From the NCBI RefSeq assembly GCF_030684315.1, contig NC_081396.1, forward strand, positions 1,116,001-1,180,000: a stretch of DNA of 64,000 bases, in the 5' to 3' direction. Shown here piece after piece: positions 11,846 to 25,460 of the stretch (position 1 is its first letter; each line of letters opens with the position of its first letter). The stretch is from Stegostoma tigrinum. Taxonomy: Eukaryota. Made by a program: the position numbers and the translations under genes. The notes beneath the pieces are model-generated. The model ran no database searches. It saw only the letters and a list, made by a program, of their open reading frames with translations, and was not told the DNA's origin.

Positions 11846-13267
11846 ATCTTGACAGATCGCTACACGTGGACAGATAGGTACACAGGTGTTGACAGAGAGA
11901 CAAGTAAATATACACAATTGTACAAATGATCATTCCCAGTCAGCTCTAGTCACATGCATACACTTGTGCACAGTCACAAATACCGAAGTATGCATATGGG
12001 TCACTACATTAATGGCTGTAGTAGCTTTTGTATCGCTATGATGCTGGTATAGGTGTTGGCATCGTTTGGTCATGAATTTTATTTTAAAAGCCAGTGCCAC
12101 CTCGATATACTCTGGTGATCTTGATGCAAAGCCCAGAAAACTTCCACATTATCGGTAACCTCAGTTAATAGAATGGGAGAGCTCGGAATAATGCCACTCA
12201 GGCTCCAGGTACATTGCTGGTTGTTTTGTTTAATTCACTCACACCAGAAAGCCATCTAGCAGAGCAGTTATAAGTCAAACAAACTGCTGCAGTCTGCAGT
12301 GACATAAGGTCCAGTCCAGTCCAGTAAAGGATGGCAGTTTCCTTCAATCATGGGAGGAGCTAAATTGGTTTTGAATTTGGACAAGAGATCATGGTCATGA
12401 TTAAATTCTTAATTCTAAGTTTTTATAAAATTTAATTGTTATCATCTGCTGTGGCAGGAATCAAATTCAAACACCCAGAATATTACTTGGGCCTCTGATT
12501 AACAATCCAGCGATGTACACTTTGGTTATCACCTCAAATACCCAAATCACTTTGAACCAGGTGAATCAGCTCATCACAATGATCTATTCTCCCCATAATG
12601 CATCCAATTTTTTTTCTATTCTTGGAATGTACCCAACTCTTAGACAAAAGAGAACTGAAAGAGCACAACATCCTTTCATGGAGGTCATTTCTAATCGCAA
12701 TAGCATCCTGTTGAAATATTCGTTCATTTGATTGATCCTGTGCATGGAATAGATCACATATCATTGACGTATTTGTCAAAATCAAGAAGTGTTTATGATT
12801 AACAAATCAGGCGTAACAAATCCATCAGCGTTTTATTGAAGATGTAACACACAGAATAGAATAGAAGGGTGGTCGCTTTGGTGCATTTGAATTTCCAAGG
12901 AGATTTGGGGAAACTCCTAAATAAGACATTAGCACGCAACATAAGTTTAGGGATTTGAGAATTGTTTAACACACTGAAGGGAGAAGTTGGGAATAGGACA
13001 ATCTTTCTCTGGGTGTCAGGCATGATTCTTAATTCATTCAATGTTCCCAGACTTCAAAATGATACAGCACTACGACTCACTCCTCTGTGGCTGACCAGAA
13101 GTGCATGTGTTTACGTCAGACGTCAATTGTAGGCAACCAATAACCTGTCTTGTCAAAGCTGCCTCCCCCTGTCGCCAATTCATAAGCTTCTGTGAGCGAT
13201 AATCAGAGTATTTCAATCTCCAAAGTGCCTTTTCAGTAACAGACTCGATCACGGATTGTCCCATTTT

Positions 13268-13771
13268 ATGTGGCCTCATGAAGCCTCCCTCTGCTACTTT
13301 TTTTCGCATCCAGTGCGTAGCTCAATTTGCTCCACTTGTCAAAATTCGAAGAGGTTTTCAGTTTTTTGGAAAACATCTTCCCTGTGAAGAATCAGCCTGG
13401 TTTAACTAATGCTGCTCTCCGTTACTAGGTGCCCAGTCAGCGGTGGTAGTGACTCAGCCAAAGGCAGAGACAGGAATCGCCGGACCCGCTGTGAGACTGA
13501 TCTGGAAAAAGAACGGGTTCCAGCTGGGCATCTACACCATGCACTTGTACCGAGAAACCCGTGCAAAGAGCCTGCAATGTCTTGTTTAGTACTGCAGCGA
13601 AAACAGCAACAGATATGATCCAGAGGTTACAGGAAGAGCTATTGCTTCCAAAGATATTTCACACAATGTCTTTGCTTTAGATATTGGAACATTGGGGATG
13701 TCAGATAGTGCAGCATATTATTGCGAAGAGGAACACAACGAGACAAATCAAAAACGACCTGTACAAATACC
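13268..13771 (+). pseudogene. IgH-like (TAILV-like) V pseudogene
   Basis: Leader 13268-13312 is 45 nt, a frameshift relative to the 46-nt paralog leader. Exon from 13429 reads AQSAVVVTQPKAETGIAGPAVRLIWKKNGFQLGIYTMHLYRE..CLV*..ASKDISHNVFALDI..SDSAAYYC (first Cys->Trp, Trp->Leu, TAG stop). RSS CACAACG-22-ACAAATACC at 13734-13771. Confidence 0.92.
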
Positions 13772-14160
13772 CACAAGAGGTAACACCGTGACTTCTTTGA
13801 CTCTCAAACAGTGGTAAGTTACCATTGACAGAACCTCAGCAATTTATTGTGAACTGCACAGGAAAACCATTCTGATCTTCATTTTTGCTGGCTAATTCAT
13901 AATACTGTGCAATCTCCCTTTCCACATCACTGCTGACAGAGAACCACCATTTCAAACTGCTGGATGTCAGTAAATTTGTTGGGTTTTATTTTATAAATCT
14001 TGCTGTATTTTTCTGTCTACCAGCAATTTGATCAGGTATACCAGGTCTTAACTACTCATTTTATAAAGGGTCATATCCACGTGTCTGCTCATTCATTTGG
14101 CTGAAATTGAAAGGTCTTCAGGACATAAGTCAAAGAAGACAAGTAGGCCATTGAGCCTAT

Positions 14161-15030
14161 TGTTAATGTTCCTCCAAGGTGTCAAGTTCGTTTTTGGAGA
14201 CCCTCGCGGACAAGACACTGACCTGTTTAGAAAAACACAAATCCTTTTATTACAGAGCAAGTACAAGCTGTGAAGAATCACTGTACTCAAGCCGGCACAG
14301 AGTGCAGAGTCTCGCAAGTAACTCTCCCCGAGCAGCGGACAGTCCCCGCTTTTATACTTTACAGAAGACATGATACAGAAAACAATTTCACAATTTACAA
14401 AAGACATGATTCATGACACAATTACTACAGCAGACAAAGACAGGATACCAAACAAGTATTACATCAAGAACATAAAAGACCAGGATATAGTATCGATTGC
14501 GAGTGAAGTAGCTGCTAATGGCAGGAGGCGATTCCGACTTGTTGTCCGGGACAGATTCTGATTTCAAGTTGCCAGTGTGTCTGGCTGGAACAAAGTCAGT
14601 GCCCTGGCCCCTTTGTCAGCGACAGAAGTTACATGCTTTAGAGGTTTCACACCTTTACAAATTTTCCCCACCTAACCCTATTTGAAACAGTTTGATTCTA
14701 ATCTTAATTCAGTCAGGAAGCTTAAGACAGTGTCTGCATACCGATGTGTGAGAAGATAAGGAGTTACAAAAGCTTTACCCTGAATTCCTAGCTGGGCAGG
14801 AAGCTTCAGGGCAGTGCCTGCATACCTATGTGTGAGAAGAAAAGGAGTTACAAAAGCTTTACACTGAATTCCTAGCTGGGCAGGAAGCTTCAGGGCAGTG
14901 CCTGCATACTATGTGTAGGTTGTTATGAGTTTACTTCTATAAATTAAAGTCTCTACATAGGAATCAAATGCAGATAAAAGACTTTAATTTATAGAAGCAT
15001 AGAAATCAATGGGATGTTATCACATTAACA
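14161..15030 (-). mobile_element. Probable solo LTR (boundaries approximate)
   Basis: TGTTAATGT...ACATTAACA inverted termini; on the minus strand TATAAAA (~14351) lies upstream of AATAAA (~14247); internal tandem repeat; no clear TSD. Confidence 0.45.
14714..14916 (+). repeat. 83-84 bp tandem repeat, ~2.4 copies
   Basis: caggaagctt..gcatacc.atgtgtgagaaga..ggagttacaaaagcttta..ctgaattcctagctggg starts at 14714, 14797 and 14881. Confidence 0.92.
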
Positions 15031-15165
15031 TCTCAAAGGGATCATAGCTGTTCTGATTGTCTCTAATCCAGTTTCTTGCATTTTCGGCACAATCCATGAT
15101 TTTTGATGCATGCACCAAAATCTCCTATAACCGTGTCTCCCATGGGGCCTTGTTCCACGTCACAG

Positions 15166-15463
15166 AATTCATGGCGAAATAGCAAATCTCCTCTGGTGGT
15201 TGTGGAGGCTCCTCACTGACAATGAACTGCAGCGCCAGACAACTTACTCAGCTTCGTGCTGTGGTACAAGTGATATGACCGACGAGAGCCTGATTTTCAG
15301 GTTACCACTTCTGACAGCATGATGAGAGCAGCCAAGGTTTGTGCCAGTCCTCACTGGGAACATCGACACCGTGCTTTGACCATCGGAAAATCAAATGCTG
15401 CCATTTACTTCCTTTCAGTGATCATCACCATGTTGCAATCTAATATGCAGTCATGCACAAACC
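15166..15463 (+). pseudogene. Family X TRAV-like V pseudogene (copy 3)
   Basis: Acceptor cacag at 15165; ..LTMNCSAR..VLWYK*YDRREPDF..HWEHRHRALTIGKSNAAIYFLSVI with stops/frameshifts; RSS CACCATG (15426-15432)-22-GCACAAACC (15455-15463). Confidence 0.8.
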
Positions 15464-16479
15464 ATGGACGGACAGGACCCATGCGGACAGCCGCGCTGTC
15501 TCAGCAGCAATGACGTCACAGGAGGCGGACATTGTCCTAAATGAGTATCATTAAGGCAGCAGAATTGCTGTCTTAATGTCAAGTTGGTAGAAATAGTACA
15601 GTAATCACCCTTGCACACCTTGAATAAATCCTTAAGAATGGTCATTATCATTAAATTTAAATATCCTTTCCAATATTTCCATTCGTCCTGGTCGAAATTG
15701 CTTGGAATGAGTGGACTCATACAAAAAAAAGTTAGTCTGCCTGGGCCTGTATCCGATGTAGTTTCGAAAAGTCAGATGTGACTGAAGGAAACATGAATAA
15801 TTTTGAGCAGGCGGGAGTGGAAATGATGTCCCCTCTTGTGCAAGAGTCTAGAACTAGGAATGTTCATGAATGGGTTAGTGCCATTTCAGAAAGAAATGAG
15901 AAACTGTGCCCTTCTCACTGTATCTCCGTACACATGAAAATATCACAATATCTGACATTATAAATGTCCTGAAATCCAAATTGAAGTTATTGTTTGTAAG
16001 GCTTTTTGGAGAAATATCTTGCTCCCTAATGTTGGGATTGAGGACTTTTGCTCTATTCATTGATACACCAAAATATTCGTTATGGTCTGTTCCCATGATT
16101 TTGTACACAGCAGAACATAATGTAGCTGCCGAGATCGAGCCTGCTAATTTTACAGATGAGACTCAGAGACAATCCCGGCTTCCCCGCCTCTGCTTCTGGC
16201 TGAGTTAATGAGATACCTAAATAAATACCTACAAATGAAAGCAACATTCATGAAACCAAAATAATTCTGTATCAAGTATTTCCACCTCTCCTCTCCGACG
16301 ACCAAAGAATTTTAAGAACAGAGAAACCAGAAAGTGCTTTAAAAGTTTGAGTTCTGAATATAAGTTGGATAAGCGTGCCAATTTCCATTGAAGCTTAGGA
16401 CTTTGAGGGGTGATTGAATTATTAAAATATCATGAGCATCATCTGTAAGGCAAATGCAATAGGTCTTTCCCCAATATTG

Positions 16480-16775
16480 GGGGAGTTCAATTCGAAGAAG
16501 CACATTTTTAAAGTGAGAGGAGAAAGAGTTCAAAAAGGACCTATGGACAACTTTTTTTTAACAGATAGACTATTTAGTGTGTGGAATGAACTGTTAGGGG
16601 AAGTGTTGGATGCAGTTAAATTTTCAACATTGGAACGAAATTTGGATAAGTACATGAATAGGAAAGGTTTGGAAGGATATATGCCAAGCACGGACAGGTG
16701 GAATTTGCTTAGTTTAGGAATATGGTCAGCGAAGACTGGTTGGATGGTAGAGTTTGTTTCAATGTTGTATGATTC
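16480..16775 (+). mobile_element. CR1-type LINE 3' fragment
   Basis: ..HIFKVRGER..FFLTDRLFSVWNEL..LDKYMNRKGLEGY, typical CR1 ORF2 C-terminus plus 3' UTR. Confidence 0.8.
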
Positions 16776-17019
16776 CATCCCTCTCTCTACCTTTCTCTCA
16801 CTTTCTCTGTATTCTTGTCTCTTTCTGCATATATGTCTGCCGTGGGCCTATGTTTCTATGCTCCTTTTCAAATCACGCTTGCTCTCTGTTCTTCAAAATG
16901 ATGTTGCACAGTCCCTTCGTCAAATCCACTACTTCCGAATTCTCACAGGCTGTATACACCGATCAGTTTACGTGGACGGTGGGGATATCTTTTATAAGTG
17001 TAAAAGGAAGAATATCACA

Positions 17020-20000
17020 GTTAGGGCAGTGGTATCTTCCTCCCGTCAAATGTGATAAATCATGGAGCAGTCCAGTGTTCCTGGCAACTACATCTGCAGT
17101 AAATGTGACCAGCTGCAGTTTCTCACAGATCACTTGGTTCACTTGGAGAAACAGCTGGACACACTGCAGTGCATACAGGGGGCAGAGAGAGAGAGATTCT
17201 CGCTTTCGGGAGGTGGTCACAACACAGGTCCATGCAGATATGTGGGAGGCTACCAGGAGAGACAGGCAGGTAGTTCACGAGTTTCCTGTGGCCATTATCC
17301 TTTCAAACAAGTCTACTATTTTGGATACCGTTGCAGGGTATAGCCTTTCATGGCATAGACATGGCAGTAGCCAGACCTGTGGCACCACGACTGGTTCTGC
17401 TGTAGACCAGGCTGTGGCATAATCTAGGCGAGAGATATTAGTGGGTGACTCAATAGCCAGGGGCATGGATAGGACTTTCTGTGGCCATGAACGAGATTCT
17501 CGGATGGTTCGTTGCCTCCGTAGTGTCAGGGCTGTTGATGTCTCTGAGCGGGTGCAGGACATCCTGAAAAGGGAGGGAAACGAGCCAGAAGTCATTGCCC
17601 ACTTTGATATAAATGATATAGGTGGGAAGAAGGAAGGCAATCCAAGGAGTCAGGTAGGGAACGAAAACATAGGGCTACCAAAGAGCGTGCAGTTGAACAC
17701 GTGGCTACAGAGCTGGTGTTGGAAGGAGGGATTCAGATATATGGATCATTGGGATGTCTTCTGGAGAAGGTGTGACCTGTACAGGGAGGACAGATTGCAC
17801 CAGAACTGGAGGGGCACCAATATCTTGGGGTGGAGTTCTGCTCGAGCTCTTTAAGAGAGTTTAAACTAGTGTGGCAGGGAGGTGGGAACTGGAATACTTG
17901 GCCATTAAATGCTGGAACTGGGGACAAAACTGTGACAGAGATATGCAGGTCGTAGTGTAAGAACAGGCACAGGCAAATCACGGGCAACAGAGGGACTGTA
18001 GGACTGGAAAGCATTTACTTCAAAGCAAAAAGTATCACAGGTAAGTGCGAAGATCTAAGAGCATGGATTACTGCGTGAAACTATAATGTTATTGCTTTTG
18101 TAGAGACGTGGCTAAAGTAGAGAAAGGACTGGAAGGTTAACATTCCTGGATATCACTGCTTTAAAAGAGGCAGAAAGGGAAACAAACGGTGTGGGAGAGT
18201 CGAACTGCAAATTAGGGGTTACATCACAGCTGTGTTGAGGGAGGACACATTGGTGGGAATTTGCATTGAGGTATTATGAGTGGAGCTCAGGAAAAGGAAG
18301 GGTGAAATTACAGTGTTGTGAATTTACATCGACTTCCAACAGCTCATGGGAGACAGAGGAGTAGATAAGCAGTCACATAACAGAAAAGTGTGAAAAGAGC
18401 AGGGTAGTTGAGTTGGGTGACTTTCATGTTCCTCTGACTGAGTGGGAGTCCCTTGGTTTCGGATGAATAGCAATTTATTAGTAGAGGGCTTTTTGAGGCA
18501 GTATGTTGAGAACCCAAACAGAAAGGAGGGCACATTAGACTTGGTCATAGTGTATGAGACAGAATAGGTGATGGATTTTTCAGTAGGAGAGCATTTCAGG
18601 CTGAATGACCACAACTCCATAAGGTTTCATGTAGTCATGGAAACGGGCACAAGTTGCCCTCGGACGAGGGTGCTTAAATGGGCAAGAACCAATTACACCC
18701 AAACTAGACAGGAACCTGTGAAAATTGATTGGAAGCAGTTATTTGAGGGGAAACTTACCTCTGGCATTTGGGAGGATTTGAAAGATCAATTGACTAAAGT
18801 GCAAGACATGCATGTACCTGCAAAAAGAAAGGGTTGGAAAGGCAGGATTCAGGAACTTTGGATTCCAAGGAAAATTGTAAGGTTAGTGAAAAGAAAAATA
18901 AAAGAAAGCATATAACTAGTGTAGGAAGTTACAAGCTGATGAAGCCCTGGAGAAATTAGAAGTGAACTTAACGCACAATTAGGAAGTCAAAAAGGGACCA
19001 TGAAATGTCTTCATCAAACAAGGTCAAGGAGAATCCCAAGGCTTTTATACATATTTTAGGAGAAAGAGTAGAACCACTCAGGGATGAAGGAGGGAGAGTA
19101 TACGTAGAATCACAGGAAATTGGGGAGATCCTGAATGTGTTAGCTGTCGCCATGAGAACATGGCGAATGGTGAGGTCATGGACGAGCGTGTGAATACTCG
19201 AGAAAATGTCAACTTATTGTGAGAGAAGTTTTTGAAATCCTAAATTGCATTAAGATAGATACGTTCCCACGACCAGATGAGATTTACTCCAAATTGCTCA
19301 GAGAGGCAAAAAAGGTTGTAACTGGGGTATTGGCAGATGTCTTCACATCCTCATTGACCACATGTGGAGTTCCAGATGACTGGAGATTAGCGAATGCTGT
19401 GACCTTATTTAATCAAGGATGCCAGGATAGTCCAGGAAACTATGGGCCAGTGAGCTCCACGCCTGTGGTGGGGAAGTTCTTGGAGAAGGCACTGAGCGAC
19501 AATATATGTGCGCATTTGAAGGAAAATAGACTAGTTAGTGACAGGCAGCATGGTTTTGTCCAGGGAAGGTCATGTCTCACCAACACGATTGGCATTATTG
19601 AAGAGGTACAGAATGTATTTGATGAGGGAATGGCTGGGGAAGACAGTAGAGCAACAATGGCAGGCGCTTCTGGGTGTAATTGAGGGCATAGTACAGAGGT
19701 TCATCCCAAAGAAAAGAAATATTATCCGGGGTGGGATTAGACAGTCATGGCTGACAAAGGAAGTCAGGAAATATATCAAAGAAAAAGAGACAGCCTATAA
19801 AGTGGCCAAGAGGGCTGGGAAATCAGAAGATTTGGAAGGCTACAAAAACAGAGGATAACAAAGAGAGCAGTAAGGAGGGAGAAGATCAAATATGAAGGTA
19901 GGCTAGCTAGTAATATTAGAAATGATAGTAAAAGCTTCTTTCAATACAGAAGAAACAAACGAGAGGCAGAAGTAGATATTGGGCCGCTCCAAATTGATGC

Positions 20001-22770
20001 TGGGAGGCTAGTGATGGGAGATTAGGAAATAGCTGAAGAATTTAATAAGTACTTAGCATCAGTCTTCACAGTTGAAGACATGAGTAGTATGCCAACAATT
20101 AGGACGAGCCAGGGGGCAGAGTTGAATGCAGTAGGCATTACAAAAGAGAAAGTGCTAGAAAAGCTAAAGGGTCTAAAAATTGACAAATCTCCGAGCTCCG
20201 ATTGGCGACATCCTAGAGTTCTGAGGGATGTGGCTGAGGAAATAGCAGAGGCTTTGGTCGTGATCTTTCAAAAGTCACTGGAGTTAGGGAAAGCCCCAGA
20301 TGTTTGGAAAATTGCAGCTGTAACTCCGTTCTTTAAGAAAGGATCAAGGCAAAAGATGGAAAATTATAGGCCAATTAGCCTAACCTCGGTAGTTGGTAAA
20401 ATTCTAGAATCCATTGTCAAGGATGATATTTCTAAATTCCTGGAAGTTCAGGGTCAGATTAAAACAAGTCAGCATGGTTTTAGTAAGGGTAGGTCGTGCC
20501 TGACAAACCTGTTAGAATTCTTTGAAGAGGCAACAAATATGTTAGACCAGGGAAACCCAGTAAATGTCATCTATCTCGACTTCAAAAAGGCCTCTGATAC
20601 AGTGCCTCACAGGAGGCTGCTGAGCAAGATGAGGACCCATGGTGTTCGAGGTGAGCTACTGGCTTGGATTGAGGATTGGCTGTCTGACAGAAGGTAGAGA
20701 GTTGGGATAAAAGGCTCTTTTTCGGAATGGCAACCGGTGACGAGTAATGTCCTGCAGGGTTCAGTGTTGGGGCCACAGCTGTTCACTCTATATATTAATG
20801 ATCTGGATGAAGGGACTGGGGGCATTCCGGTGAAGCTTTCCGATGATACGAAGATAGGTGGACAGGCAGGTAGTACTGAGGAGGTGAGGAAGCTGCAGAA
20901 CGATTTAGACAGTTTCGGAGAGTGGTCCAGGAAATGGCTGATGAAATTCAATGTGAGTAAATGTGAGGTTTCGCACTTTGGCAAAAAGAATACAGGCATG
21001 GGCTATTTTCTAAACGGTGAGAAAATTCGCAAATCAGAAGTGCAAAGGGATCTGGGAGTGTTGGTCCAGGATTCTCTCAAGGTTAACTTGCAGGTAGAGT
21101 CTGTAATTAAGAAAGCGAATGTAATGTTGTCGTTTATGTCAAGAGGGTTGGAATATAAAAGCAGCGATGTGCTTCTGAGGCTTTATGAGGCTCTAGTTAG
21201 GCCCCATTTAGAATACTGTGTCCAGTTTTGGGCCCCACACCTTAGGAAGGACATACTAGCCCTGGAGCGTGTTCAGCGGAGATTCACATGGGTGATCCCT
21301 GGAATGGTGGGTCTAACGTATGATGAACGGCTAAGGATCCTCAGATTGTGCTAATTAGAGTTTAGAAGTTTGAGGGGAGATCTAATAGAAACTTACAAGA
21401 TAATGTATTATTTAGGAGGGGTGGATGCTAGGAAGTTGTTTCCATTAAGTGGGGAGACTAGGACCCGTGGGCACAGCCTTAAAATTAGAGGGGGTAAATT
21501 TAAAACTGAAATGAGACGACATTTCTTCAGCCAGAGAGTGGTGGGCTTGTGGAATTCATTGCCGCAGAGTGCAGCAGAGGCCGGGACGTTGGATGCCTTC
21601 AAGGCAAAGATCGACAAATTCTTGATCTCAAAAGAAATCAAGGGCTGTGGGGAGAGTGCAGGGAAGTGGTGTTGAAATGCCCATCAGCCATGATTTAAAT
21701 GGCGGAGTGGACTTGATGGGCCGAATGACCTTACTTCCACACCTATGTCTTATGGTTTTCTGGTCTTATGGTATGTGGATTATTTGGACTTTTATAAGGC
21801 ATTTGATAAAGTCTTTCTTAGCAGGTTGGTACACAAGATAAAATTGCTAGGGATTCGGTGTGCCCTGGCTAGATGGATAGAAAGCTGGCTTGGTCATAGA
21901 AGACCAAGAAGGGTAGCAGTGGAAGGATGTTTTTCAGAATGGATATCAGTGATTACTAATGTTCCACAGGGGTCAGTCTTAGGTCCTTTGCATATGGTCG
22001 AGAGGAAAAGCGGATGGCCTGATTAACAAGGTTGCTGATGATATGGAGGTGATGCATTTTGGAGAATCAAATTTAGGTGTGAATTATGTCATATATTGCA
22101 GAACACTAAGAAACACAAACAGTCAGGTGGTTATGAACGTGCAGGTTCACAGTTCCCTGAAAGTGGTAACACAGGTCGCCAAGGTTATTCAGAAGGCATA
22201 TGACATGATGCCGTCATCGCCCGGGGTGTGGAGTACCAGATTTGGCAAAACATGTTGCAACTCTATCAAAACGTTGTTAGACCACATTTGGAGTCGTGTA
22301 AGCAGTGTGTAGTTTTGTTTGCCACGCTACAAGAAGAATGTTGATGCTGTTGAGAGAGTACAGGGAAGGTTAACCAGGATGTTGCCTGGTCTCCAGGGCA
22401 TTGTTTATGAGGAAAGGTTAAGAAGGCTAGGATCGTTATGAGTAGAAAGACGGCGGCTGAGCCTACAAAATTGTGAGGCATGAACAAGTTGACTAGTCAC
22501 AGGCTTTTCCCGAGGGTTTAATCTTCTATTACAGGGGGACACAGGTTCTAGGTGAGGGGGGGACGTATAAGAGAGATGTGTGAGGGACATTTTTCATGCA
22601 GAGAGCGGTAGCAGCCTGAAAACATGGTGGATGTGGGCACAGTGAAAAAAAAATAGCGAGGGAAGAGAGATATACAGATAGAAAAATGACAGGTATATTT
22701 TTAGATTACTTAGGGAACAATGGACGGCACGAACTTGGAGAGTCAAAGGGCCTGTTCCTGCGCTGTACAT
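17020..22770 (+). mobile_element. Near full-length degenerate CR1-type LINE (ORF1 zinc finger + SGNH esterase, ORF2 APE/RT), interrupted by a second LINE
   Basis: ORF1 YICSKC and GDSIARGMDR..DRLH; APE motifs ETWL and DHNSI; RT QHGFVQGRSCLTN up to ~19636, resuming at ~21772 with YLDFYKAFDKV..VPQGSVLGP. Confidence 0.88.
19637..21771 (+). mobile_element. Younger 5'-truncated CR1-type LINE (RT and 3' tail) nested in the previous element
   Basis: NYRPISLTSVVGK, QHGFSKGRSCLTNL, QGSVLGP, SDDTK, RPHLEYCVQFW, FFSQRVV; few stops; tail cctatgtcttatgg..tcttatgg. Confidence 0.92.
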
Positions 22771-22799
22771 TTTCATTTGCTCATGTACAACCATGAAAG

Positions 22800-23099
22800 C
22801 AGTTTAGAAACAGTAGCATTGATGAGGACATTCAGTCAAGAGCTGTCAGTCTGTTAAATTGACAACTCTGCAGGCTTTGACCAGAGAAGATGTAATGTAT
22901 CTTCTGGAAGCGCGACACTGCCATTGAAGTCGCCTGTGCAGCGATTAAGAAAAGTTTTGTGGCCCAGGGAGAGAGGCATCCGATACCAGGAATGCTCAAC
23001 ATTCGCCTCTCTGTGTAGTTGCAGGTGAAGGTGACAGTGTCTTCACTCTTAGCGGTTACACAGATCTCTGACTGGTGAGTGCTCAATTCAGACAGACCC
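22800..23099 (-). pseudogene. TCR V pseudogene of a distinct family
   Basis: Acceptor ttttag at 23100; GLSELSTHQSEICVTAKSEDTVTFTCNYTE.., then frameshifted WYR and ..VNLT..CYC near 22810; no RSS (abuts a LINE end). Confidence 0.7.
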
Positions 23100-23599
23100 C
23101 TAAAACACACAGCAAACAAAAAACAACATAATGTTAGGAAAGGGTTAATTCACAGGAGATTTTACGACAGAATTCACACACTTCAAATAATGGAGAGGAG
23201 GGACAGAGAAGAAATGAGTTGACTGTTTAAACATTGACAACTTTATTTTTTTCACAAAGTGACTCCCCAGAAGATGGATACGATAATACAAATATCGAAG
23301 AGTGTGTCAGAGTAAGACACACAATATTTTACAGCCAGCTACCTCACTCAACAAGTTAACGGCAAATCTGATTTCAACAGGGTCCCTAAAATCCTGCATA
23401 AGACGATAACATTTCATCTCCTTGCTCATCAAGAATCCATTCAACTCTTGTTAAAACAAAAAGTTAGGATTCTACATTTACTATTCTTTCCAGAGTGAAA
23501 ATTCCAGACTCAGAACCCTCTCAAAGAAATGATGCTTCCTCATCTCAGTGTTAAATGATCAGCCTCTTGTGTCTGAAACTTTAACTCATAACTCTGTCA

Positions 23600-23885
23600 G
23601 TCGGGGTTGCACTGTGGCTCTGTGGTTAGCATTGATAATTCACAGAGCTCGCGACACCATTCAATTCATCCTGAAATGGTTGTCTTCATGGAGTTTGATC
23701 ATTCTCCCCATGTCGGTGCACGTTTTCTCAGGATTCATCTTACAGTCCTAAGATGTTTATGCTCAATTGCCTAAAATATGAATGTAACATAGATTAAGTA
23801 TTTGAAAATAACACGTATCAGCGATGGGATACGATGATTACAGTGTGGTGAACTGAATGGCCTGATTCCACGCTGTGGGGATTTT
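23600..23885 (+). mobile_element. Degenerate HE1-like tRNA-derived SINE
   Basis: gtggctctgtggttagca..attctccccatgtc..ccacgctgtggggatt resembles the 51705 copy. Confidence 0.6.
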
Positions 23886-24869
23886 AGAGCCTCAGGATCT
23901 TTTATAAGAGATCGGTGAATATTGTCAAAAATTCAATCAGAGTGAGACCACCACCACCTCCGCCCCTTCTCAGGGTCAGGGTCACTGTGCATCTTTAATG
24001 TGACACTTTGTAAAGTAAGCTGCAGGTCTTTGATACAAATTGAGGACATTTCAGCAAAAAGAGGCTTGTGAACATGTCAGGTAATGAAAGAAAAGAAAAT
24101 GTAATAAAAACTCTGAAAATAAGTACGAATATAAATTAACAGCTCTTAAAAGGGTCAAGAGGTGTTTCAAAAGATGTGTTGAGAAAAAAAAAACTTTCTT
24201 TTGGTCCTAGGAAAGCAAGTAGAAGAAAGCCCTATGGCCAATATAGTCTCGCTAGACTCCCCATTCTTCTTTTTCTTGCTTTGTACTATTATTTCTCTGC
24301 AGTACTGTATTCATTCTCAACCTTACTTATCACCATGTCAAAATATGCCTGATTTAGCTTTATTAGCAGTTTCCACTATATCTGTTGTCATCTATTATTA
24401 TTTCTTTACATGCAGCCTCGAGATCTTTATTCACAAAAGTGACAACACCAATAAAGCAAGAAGGCAGTTGGCTTAACAACTGTAATTGGGAAAATGATAA
24501 TCTTTTATAAAGGGTATAGACGTAATGCATTTATAAATACATGATTTTTCAACTTTTGTTAACTCCGTTGGGCGACCAGATGGATTGCAATTTAGGATAA
24601 CACCAAGATTCTCACACTGTCTCAGAACGATAGTGAATGTCTTGCCTTTTGCCTCGTCTGTCATGGTGACCCTGTGTTTCGACCTACCACCAATTGTGTT
24701 TCTGCATTAGGAGATAAAACATATTGTTCTCTGTAACTCTGCTGATTTCACCTTCACACCACATAATCAAGGAGATTTAATATGCATTGGGAAGAGAAAA
24801 TCGTTCCCGATGCATTCAGTGGAATTTCTTGAGGAAATAACAACTAAAGTAGATTTTAGAAAGGGAACA

Positions 24870-25460
24870 AAGAACATATAACAACAAATGAAGTGCAGAA
24901 CAGCTGAAGCTTCTTCGGCCCTCCAAGCCTGTGCTGATCATAATGCGCTGACTAAGCTAAAAAAAAGCTTTCTGCCCTTATTCATTCCTCATCCCTCCAT
25001 TCCCTCCTCATTCATGTAACCAACCAGACGCCCCTTAATGTCGCCAACTTGCCTACTTTCAGCACTTCTCCGGGCATGCCATTCCAAGCTCCTACCAATC
25101 TGTACGTGAAAATGTTTCCTTGCACATCTGCCTTAAACATTTGCCATCTTAGCTTGAAACTGTACCCCCTTGTAATTGAAGCTTCAGCCTTGGGAAGAAA
25201 AGCCCTGAATATCCGCCCTATCTATGGCTCTCCTAATTTTGTAAACCTCTATAATGCATCCTCTTAGCCACTGCCTTCTCAGTAAAAACGATCCCAGCCT
25301 ATTTTAACCTTTCCTCATTGCCAATGTCTTTGAGACTGAGAAAAACTTTGTGAACATTCTCTGCATTCTTTCCAAAGCTTCCACATCCTTCTGGCAATGT
25401 GTCAACCAAAACTACAAGAAACATTTCAAATGCGGCCCAACAGGGTTTTTATATAGCTGC
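24870..25460 (-). mobile_element. Degenerate CR1-type LINE 3' fragment
   Basis: Reverse complement of a CR1 3' region (cggccctccaagcctgtgc.., tatatagctgca). Confidence 0.65.

Noticed and set aside
14714-14916. CRISPR-like array
   Set aside because: Contiguous tandem repeat without unique spacers, in vertebrate DNA.
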